Below, in pieces: positions 58,248 through 64,000 of a DNA stretch of 64,000 nt. The translations under genes were made by a program, and so were the position numbers. The notes under the pieces were generated by a model. That model worked only from the letters and a program-made list of their open reading frames with translations. It did not search any database and was not told the origin of the DNA. The stretch is taken from NCBI GenBank assembly GCA_965263035.1, contig OZ253580.1, forward strand, positions 4,000,001 to 4,064,000. Direction: 5' to 3'. Every line of letters begins with the position of its first letter. Position 1 is the first letter of the stretch. The DNA is from Acidobacteriota bacterium. Its GTDB lineage: Bacteria; Acidobacteriota; UBA6911; RPQK01; JAJDTT01.

Positions 58248-59036
58248 TCAGTGAGTCATGGCGTAAACGATGTAGTTGATCCCCAGCTGGAAGGCCAGAT
58301 TGGCATATTTCCGGGGGTACTCCTCCACTTCGGCCCACTCCCAGGCATCTCCGAGATCCACGTTGTGGTTGATCATCACCATGAGGCGCCCCCGTTCATC
58401 CATGATCCCCATGTAACGCGCGTCGTATCCGCCCTTCTCCCAGGTTTTCCCGTAGAACAGGTACTGGATTCCCGGAATCTGGATCAACTCATCGATGTCG
58501 TAATAGCAGTGGAAGACCGGATGAGAGAGAGGGAGGTCCACCGGCTCGTATTCCGGGAATACCTTCTTGATCTGCTGGTAGAAATTGTTCCACTCCCAGG
58601 CGCCATGGAAATCGTCCACCACCAGAAATCCGCCCCGCAGAAGATACTCCCTCAGCTTCGACGCCTCCTGGTCGGAGAGATGCATCCTCCCGACTTCCAC
58701 CGCGTAGAGGAATGGGTAGTCGAACACCTCGGCATCCAGAATGGAGAGGGCCTTGTTGCCGGAAGAGACGAAGGTGAAGTCGCTCAGTTTCTCCAGGCCG
58801 TACAGGAACTGGAGATCGGCTTTCGGATAGTCGGTCTGCCAACTCCAGCTCCACCCTTGGCGCGCCCAGCCGGGACCCGAGTAGACCAGACGCAGAAAGG
58901 TGAACTCCGAGTCATGACTGTCTTCTGTTTTGGGACTATGGTGGTCGCCGCCGGCAGCCAGGGCCAACCAAGTCAGCGGCGCCGCCGCGGCCAGCAGCCA
59001 CATCTTTCCGAATGTCGGTTTCCTGAACACGACCAA
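58248..59036 (-). CDS. DUF4159 domain protein
   Basis: WQTDYPKAD, LREYLLRGGFLVVDDFHG, DLGDAWEW, GINYIVYAMTH. Confidence 0.85.
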   Translation of the reverse strand: MVVFRKPTFGKMWLLAAAAPLTWLALAAGGDHHSPKTEDSHDSEFTFLRLVYSGPGWARQGWSWSWQTDYPKADLQFLYGLEKLSDFTFVSSGNKALSILDAEVFDYPFLYAVEVGRMHLSDQEASKLREYLLRGGFLVVDDFHGAWEWNNFYQQIKKVFPEYEPVDLPLSHPVFHCYYDIDELIQIPGIQYLFYGKTWEKGGYDARYMGIMDERGRLMVMINHNVDLGDAWEWAEVEEYPRKYANLAFQLGINYIVYAMTH

Positions 59037-59330
59037 TGACCTCGTTTCAGAAAAACGCGAGGGTTCACATGAGATGCGGATTCACTGTAAGGGACCCGAG
59101 CTTCCCAGACAACTCGAGGGATAGGCGAGGAAGCGAGGGAGGCGGCACTCCACGGCTCCGTCCGACGGGTGAGAACGTGCTCCTCCAACCGTCGCTGCCG
59201 ACCCTCCCATCCCGCTGCCTCCTCGTCTTCGTTCTCACCCTCGTGTATACTTTTTCCCTAGTTTTCAATAGTCGGCCGGTTGTCTTTTTATTCTCTTCAA
59301 GTCTGGGGTGTAATTGGGCGAGGACAGGTG

Positions 59331-60638
59331 ATGCAGTGGATCACGCCGATCGGTCGTAGCGGTCGAGGGAATGACGGGGTGACGGTGGTCTTCGCCAAGG
59401 GCAAGCTGACGATTCTTCTGCTTTCGGCGCTGGTGGTCGGCTACGGGCTCGTGGGCGGATCCATGGACCGGGTTGCGGCCCGGGACGCGTCCTACCAGGA
59501 ACTCTCCCTCTTCACGGCGGTCGTCAGCCGGGTCCAGAATGACTATGTCGAAAAGCCGGAGATGAAGGACGCCCTGTTGGGGGCCGTCCACGGGATCGTG
59601 GAGGCGGTGGATCCCTATTCGAGCTACGTTCCCCAGGAAAGCTACCAGGCGTATCGGACCCGGACCGAAGCCTCACCCGGGATCTACATTTCCAAGCGTT
59701 ACGGCTACGCCTACGTAGTTGCGGTGGTGCGCGGCAGCCCTGCCGAGCGTGAAGGAATCCGAACCGGCGATTTGATCGAGGCGATCGATGCCCGGAAAAC
59801 GGCGCAGATGAGCCGCTGGGAGGCACAATACATGCTCCAGGGAGCAGCCGGCACCGAGGTGAATCTCAGGCTGATCCGGGGTGGGCGCCGACCGCCCACC
59901 GAGATCCGGTTGGTGCGGGAGGCTCCCGTCCCCGAGAAGGTCAAGGCGGAGATCGTGGAGACGGGGCTTGGATGGCTCCGGATCCCGAGTCTTCAGCTCG
60001 GCAGCGCCAAACGGGTGCAAAAGGGGTTGCGGATGCTGCGGTCCGCCGATGTGAAAGGAATCCTGTTGGATGTTCGGAGCGTGGCCGAGGGGGAGGTGGC
60101 GGAGGCCGTCGAGATCGCGGGGTTCCTGCTTCCCAAAGGGAGCAAGGTGCTCACCGTCAAGGATCGTCGGGATCGATCCGTGGTGCACACTACGACCGCC
60201 GAGCCCTTGCTGGCCGGCGTGCCGGCGGTGGTATTGGCCGACGGTGGAACCAGCGGGGCGGCCGAGATACTTATCGCAGCACTGAAGGACCATAAGGTGG
60301 CTACGGTAGTGGGTTTGAAGACCGACGGGAGAGGATCGGGACAGGAGCTTTTCCAGCTCGGAGACGGATCGGTGCTGTATCTCGCTACCAAGCTCTACTA
60401 TCGGCCCAGCGGCAGTGCGATCCAAGAGAAGAAGCTCAAGGACTCTGGAATCTCACCCGATGTTCGAGCTCCGGACGAGGATTTCGTCTCCCATTTTTTC
60501 CTGGAGAATGTCTCGGACGATCCCGATGCGGAACTGGGAGTGGATTTCTACAAGGACGTGGAAGAAGCTGTCCGCAAAAGGCAGTTCGAGCAGGGACTCG
60601 ACGAACTGCGAGGCCGGCTGGCCAAGAAAGCTGCATGA
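59331..60638 (+). CDS. S41 (CtpA/Prc-like) PDZ peptidase homolog with a degenerate active site
   Basis: DPYSSY, GSPAEREGI..GD (PDZ), ILLDVR, GISPD; TSGAAE and TDGRG replace SASASE and TFGKG; start uncertain. Confidence 0.8.
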   Translation: MQWITPIGRSGRGNDGVTVVFAKGKLTILLLSALVVGYGLVGGSMDRVAARDASYQELSLFTAVVSRVQNDYVEKPEMKDALLGAVHGIVEAVDPYSSYVPQESYQAYRTRTEASPGIYISKRYGYAYVVAVVRGSPAEREGIRTGDLIEAIDARKTAQMSRWEAQYMLQGAAGTEVNLRLIRGGRRPPTEIRLVREAPVPEKVKAEIVETGLGWLRIPSLQLGSAKRVQKGLRMLRSADVKGILLDVRSVAEGEVAEAVEIAGFLLPKGSKVLTVKDRRDRSVVHTTTAEPLLAGVPAVVLADGGTSGAAEILIAALKDHKVATVVGLKTDGRGSGQELFQLGDGSVLYLATKLYYRPSGSAIQEKKLKDSGISPDVRAPDEDFVSHFFLENVSDDPDAELGVDFYKDVEEAVRKRQFEQGLDELRGRLAKKAA

Positions 60639-60693
60639 GGGATTCGGGCGTGGAAGAATCATGTGATCGATCGGTAGGAAAGGAGAATCGGGA

Positions 60694-60966
60694 ATGAATA
60701 AGGCTGGGTTGATCGGCTCTATCGCCAGCAAGGCGAATCTCAGCAAGAGCGACGCCCGAGCAGCGGTGGAGGCTGTGGTGTCCACCATTCAGGCGGCCAT
60801 GAAGAGCGGTGACAAGGTTTCTCTGGTGGGGTTCGGCACCTTTTCGGCTCCCACCCGTCCTGCCCGTCCGGGGCGCAACCCTCAGACCGGAGAAGCGATT
60901 CGGATTCCCTCCAGAAAGATTCCCAAATTCACTCCCGGGAGGTCATTGAAGGACTCGATTCAGTAG
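60694..60966 (+). CDS. hup: HU-family DNA-binding protein
   Basis: MNKAGLI, GFGTF, GRNPQTGE, PKFTPG..LK. Confidence 0.95.
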   Translation: MNKAGLIGSIASKANLSKSDARAAVEAVVSTIQAAMKSGDKVSLVGFGTFSAPTRPARPGRNPQTGEAIRIPSRKIPKFTPGRSLKDSIQ

Positions 60967-61062
60967 GGGTCGAGTCCGCCTTTGAGTCCAGAGTAAAGGT
61001 CGACGCGCCATCGGGCACTGGCCCCGGTGCGACTCGGGATTCGTGTGTTATGATCCCGGTGT

Positions 61063-61137
61063 AGGTGCGTAGCTCAGGGGGAGAGCGCTTCCTTGACGCG
61101 GAAGGGGTCAGCGGTTCAAATCCGCTCGCACCTACCA
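61063..61137 (+). tRNA. tRNA-Val(GAC)
   Basis: AGGTGCGTAGCTCAGGGGGAGAGCGCTTCCTT-GAC-GCGGAAGGGGTCAGCGGTTCAAATCCGCTCGCACCTACCA. Confidence 0.95.
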
Positions 61138-61183
61138 TTTTTTTATCTGGTGGTTCGGGTTCGTAACCCGGGGTTCGATCCAA

Positions 61184-63007
61184 ATGGCCGGACAGAGAAT
61201 CATGAAGACCATCCACAGGGATGGAACCGTTCATGACGTATTCGATCCCGACGAGGCCTTGGAAACCCTGCGCCACTCGACGTCTCACTTGATGGCCCTG
61301 GCGGTCAGCCACATCTACCCGGGAGTCAGTCTGGGCATCGGTCCTCCCACTGGCGAAGGCTTCTACTACGATTTCCAGATGGCGCACCGACTGACGGACG
61401 ACGATCTGCCCCGAATCGAAGCCAAAATGGAAGAGCTCAAGGCACAGAATCTGGCTTTTGAGCCGTCCATTCTGGAGCTGTCCGAAGCGCTGGAAGTTTT
61501 TCGCAGTCACGGCGAGGAGTTGAAGACCGAGTTGATCGAAGAGCGGAAAGGAGAGGTTCTCTCTTCCTATCGCCTGGGAGACCTGGTGGATTTCTGCACC
61601 GGGCCGCACGTGCTTTCCACGGCTCGGCTCGGCTCGTTCCGGCTGCTTTCCATTGCCGGTTCCTATTGGCGGGGTGACGAACACCGAGAACAGTTGCAAC
61701 GGATTTACGGGACGGCTTTTTTCTCGTCCGGGGAACTGGATGACTACCTGAAGCGGCTGGAGGAAGCCAGAAAGCGCGACCATCGGAAATTGGGCAGGGA
61801 GTTGGACCTCTTCTCGGTTCCGGCGGGCGTGGCTCCAGGTCTCATTTTCTGGCATCCCAAGGGAGCCAAGGTCCGAGAGAAGATCGAGGAGTTCCTTCGC
61901 GAAGAGCATGAAGCGCGCGGTTACCAGTTCGTATACACGCCCCATATTGCCAAGTGCGACCTCTGGAAGACGTCCGGCCACTACGAGTTTTTCCGGGAGA
62001 ACATGTACACGTTGCCCGTTGACGACGAAGAGTACGTGCTCAAGCCCATGAACTGTCCCGGGCACATCCTCATTTACAAGTCGAGGAAACGCAGTTACCG
62101 CGAACTGCCCATCCGTCTCGCCGAGTTCGGTACCGTCTATCGGTACGAGAAGTCGGGAACGCTCCACGGGATGCTGCGGGTTCGAGGGTTCACTCAGGAC
62201 GACGCTCATATTTTCTGCCGTCCGGACCAGGTTTTTTCGGAAGTGGTTGCCACCTTGGACCTCGCCGAGCATCTTCTCAGCACGTTCGGCTTTCAAGGCC
62301 ACGAGATCATGTTGGCCGTTTGGGACTCGGAACACACCGAGCACTATGCCGGCAAGCGCGAAGATTGGGAGAGGGCCGAGTCGGTTCTGATCCGGGCGTT
62401 GGAGGAAAAGGGTTGGCCGTATAGCCGTAAGCCGGGCGAGGCTGCCTTCTATGGTCCCAAGATCGACATCAGTCTGATCGATGCTCTGGGGCGAACCTGG
62501 CAGGTCACCACGTTGCAGTTCGACTTCAACCTGCCGGCCCGTTTCAACATTACCTATGCCGATTCCGGTTCCCGCGAACAGCACGTCATCATGTTGCATC
62601 GAGCCTTGCTGGGTTCAATGGAGCGGTTCATGGGGATTCTGGTCGAACACTACGGAGGCGCGTTTCCGCCGTGGCTGTCGCCGGTGCAGGCGTCGGTGGT
62701 CCCGGTCAGCGAACGGCACCATGAATACGCGGTCGAGGTCCGCGACCGGCTCCGGGGGACAGGCTTGCGTGTCGAGGCGGACTTGAGAAACGAGAAGTTG
62801 GGTTACAAGATCAGAAGCGCCCAGATGAGCAAGGTGCCATACATGCTCGTCGTGGGTGATCGAGAGGTGCAGGGCCGTACCGTATCGGTACGGGATCGCC
62901 GGCGGGGCAATCAGGGGGCGTGCTCGTTGGACGATTTTTCCCGGATGCTTGGTCAACAGGTGTCTCAAAGAGCGCTGGACGTCCGACCATTGTTTGAGGC
63001 ATTGTGA
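61184..63007 (+). CDS. thrS: Threonine--tRNA ligase
   Basis: LRHSTSHL, DFCTGPH, RDHRKLG, KPMNCPGH, RGFTQDDAH, AFYGPKID. Confidence 0.97.
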   Translation: MAGQRIMKTIHRDGTVHDVFDPDEALETLRHSTSHLMALAVSHIYPGVSLGIGPPTGEGFYYDFQMAHRLTDDDLPRIEAKMEELKAQNLAFEPSILELSEALEVFRSHGEELKTELIEERKGEVLSSYRLGDLVDFCTGPHVLSTARLGSFRLLSIAGSYWRGDEHREQLQRIYGTAFFSSGELDDYLKRLEEARKRDHRKLGRELDLFSVPAGVAPGLIFWHPKGAKVREKIEEFLREEHEARGYQFVYTPHIAKCDLWKTSGHYEFFRENMYTLPVDDEEYVLKPMNCPGHILIYKSRKRSYRELPIRLAEFGTVYRYEKSGTLHGMLRVRGFTQDDAHIFCRPDQVFSEVVATLDLAEHLLSTFGFQGHEIMLAVWDSEHTEHYAGKREDWERAESVLIRALEEKGWPYSRKPGEAAFYGPKIDISLIDALGRTWQVTTLQFDFNLPARFNITYADSGSREQHVIMLHRALLGSMERFMGILVEHYGGAFPPWLSPVQASVVPVSERHHEYAVEVRDRLRGTGLRVEADLRNEKLGYKIRSAQMSKVPYMLVVGDREVQGRTVSVRDRRRGNQGACSLDDFSRMLGQQVSQRALDVRPLFEAL

Positions 63008-63047
63008 TCGTTCGTCCCCGTTGATTCGAAAAAGAGGAGTCGATTCT

Positions 63048-63560
63048 ATTCAGCGAGCACGAGTCAATCATCGGATAAGAGCCAGGGAAATTCGGGTCAT
63101 CGACGAGGATGGGAGCCAGTTGGGCATCATGGCTCCGCCCGAGGCACGGCGGCTGGCTCAGGAGAGGTCTCTCGACCTGGTCGAGGTCGCTCCCACCGCC
63201 AGGCCTCCGGTTTGCCGTATCATGGACTACGGGAAGTACCTGTACCAGCAACGAAAGAAGGCCCAGGAGGCGCGAAAACACCAGAAGGTCATTCAGGTCA
63301 AGGAAGTCAAGTTCCGGCCCAAGATCGACCAGCATGACTATGAGTTCAAGAAGAAACACATTCTCCGTTTCTTGAAGGACGAAAACAGGGTCAAGGCAAC
63401 CGTCATCTTCAGGGGACGGGAGATCACTCACTCCGAGCTGGGTGAGGAGATCTTGAACCAGCTCCGGGGTGAGTTGGTCGAGGTCGCGGAAATCGAGCGG
63501 ACGCCCCGGCTGGAAGGTCACACCATGACCATGATTCTGGTGCCCAGAAAACAGCCCTGA
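63048..63560 (+). CDS. infC: Translation initiation factor IF-3 (ATT start)
   Basis: GAGGAG RBS 8 nt before an in-frame ATT; LDLVEVAP.A.PPVCRIMDYGKY, KEVKFRPKI. Confidence 0.95.
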   Translation: MQRARVNHRIRAREIRVIDEDGSQLGIMAPPEARRLAQERSLDLVEVAPTARPPVCRIMDYGKYLYQQRKKAQEARKHQKVIQVKEVKFRPKIDQHDYEFKKKHILRFLKDENRVKATVIFRGREITHSELGEEILNQLRGELVEVAEIERTPRLEGHTMTMILVPRKQP

Positions 63561-63663
63561 ATCCACTCGGATTTCCGCGTCAGACCCGGCAACTTCAGCG
63601 GCCGGGTTCGTTTTCCGTCGGGTTGGGCGTGAGCAATCAGGGTAGAGAGCGAGGAAGACGGCG

Positions 63664-63864
63664 ATGCGGGCGATGCGATTGAAGACCAAACGCGCGGCAG
63701 CCAAGCGATTCAAGGTCACGGGATCCGGCAAGATCACCCGGCGGCACAGCCATCACAGCCACATCCTGACCAAGAAGAATCGCAAGCGGAAGCGGAATTT
63801 GAAGGACTGGGCCGACCTGTCCTCTGCGGACAGGAAGCGGGTGCGAAAGATGCTGCACATTTAG
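63664..63864 (+). CDS. rpmI: 50S ribosomal protein L35
   Basis: [23 protein letters not shown]. Confidence 0.95.
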   Translation: MRAMRLKTKRAAAKRFKVTGSGKITRRHSHHSHILTKKNRKRKRNLKDWADLSSADRKRVRKMLHI

Positions 63865-63899
63865 CGCCCGCAGTTTCTACGGGTGCTGGAGGTTCCATC

Positions 63900-64000
63900 A
63901 TGTCGAGGGTAAAGAGAGGGGTTAAGCGCAACCGGAGACGCAAGAAGATTCTGCGCTTGGCCAAGGGCTACTGGGGCGCTAAGGGCCGGCTTCACCAGGC
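63900..64000 (+). CDS. rplT: 50S ribosomal protein L20 (3' truncated by window)
   Basis: MSRVKRGV...RRKKILRLAKGYWG. Confidence 0.95.
   Translation, partial: MSRVKRGVKRNRRRKKILRLAKGYWGAKGRLHQ

Noticed and set aside
59100-59250. Possible structured ncRNA (6S-like) between DUF4159 and the S41 gene
   Set aside because: The pairing (GGGTGAGAACG/CGTTCTCACCC) is largely explained by a REP-like copy; I could not identify family-specific features.
1-64000. CRISPR array or cas genes
   Set aside because: No regularly spaced repeat-spacer array or cas motif seen.

Overview
GC-rich bacterial chromosome segment, most consistent with Acidobacteriota (GWxTD-type protein, Acidobacteria-style TonB-dependent receptor, DUF1501/PSD1-cytochrome pair, DUF4159). 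This assignment is inferred from gene content only. The right end is core genome: M16 peptidase pair, ECF sigma operon, HU, tRNA-Val, thrS-infC-rpmI-rplT. The left two thirds are accessory carbohydrate and envelope genes interleaved with small selfish elements. These are five toxin-antitoxin loci (three with dead PIN toxins), a Fic gene, a 109-bp MITE, a family of REP-like palindromes and an ORF-less group IIC intron inserted into one of those REPs. The best candidate for an undescribed system is a tandem array of four paralogous exported proteins at 45.5-47.9 kb. Each has a conserved Hfq/LSm-like domain, a hypervariable glycine-zipper membrane hairpin and a conserved tail, and each is preceded by a hairpin that masks the ribosome-binding site. 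Other strong candidates are a ~314-aa putative sensor-antitoxin coupled to a PIN toxin, a TA module bracketed by a synonymous duplicate of the mdh 3' end, and an sxtIJK-like operon split by ~10 kb of cargo. All family assignments come from motif recognition by eye; no database searches were run.
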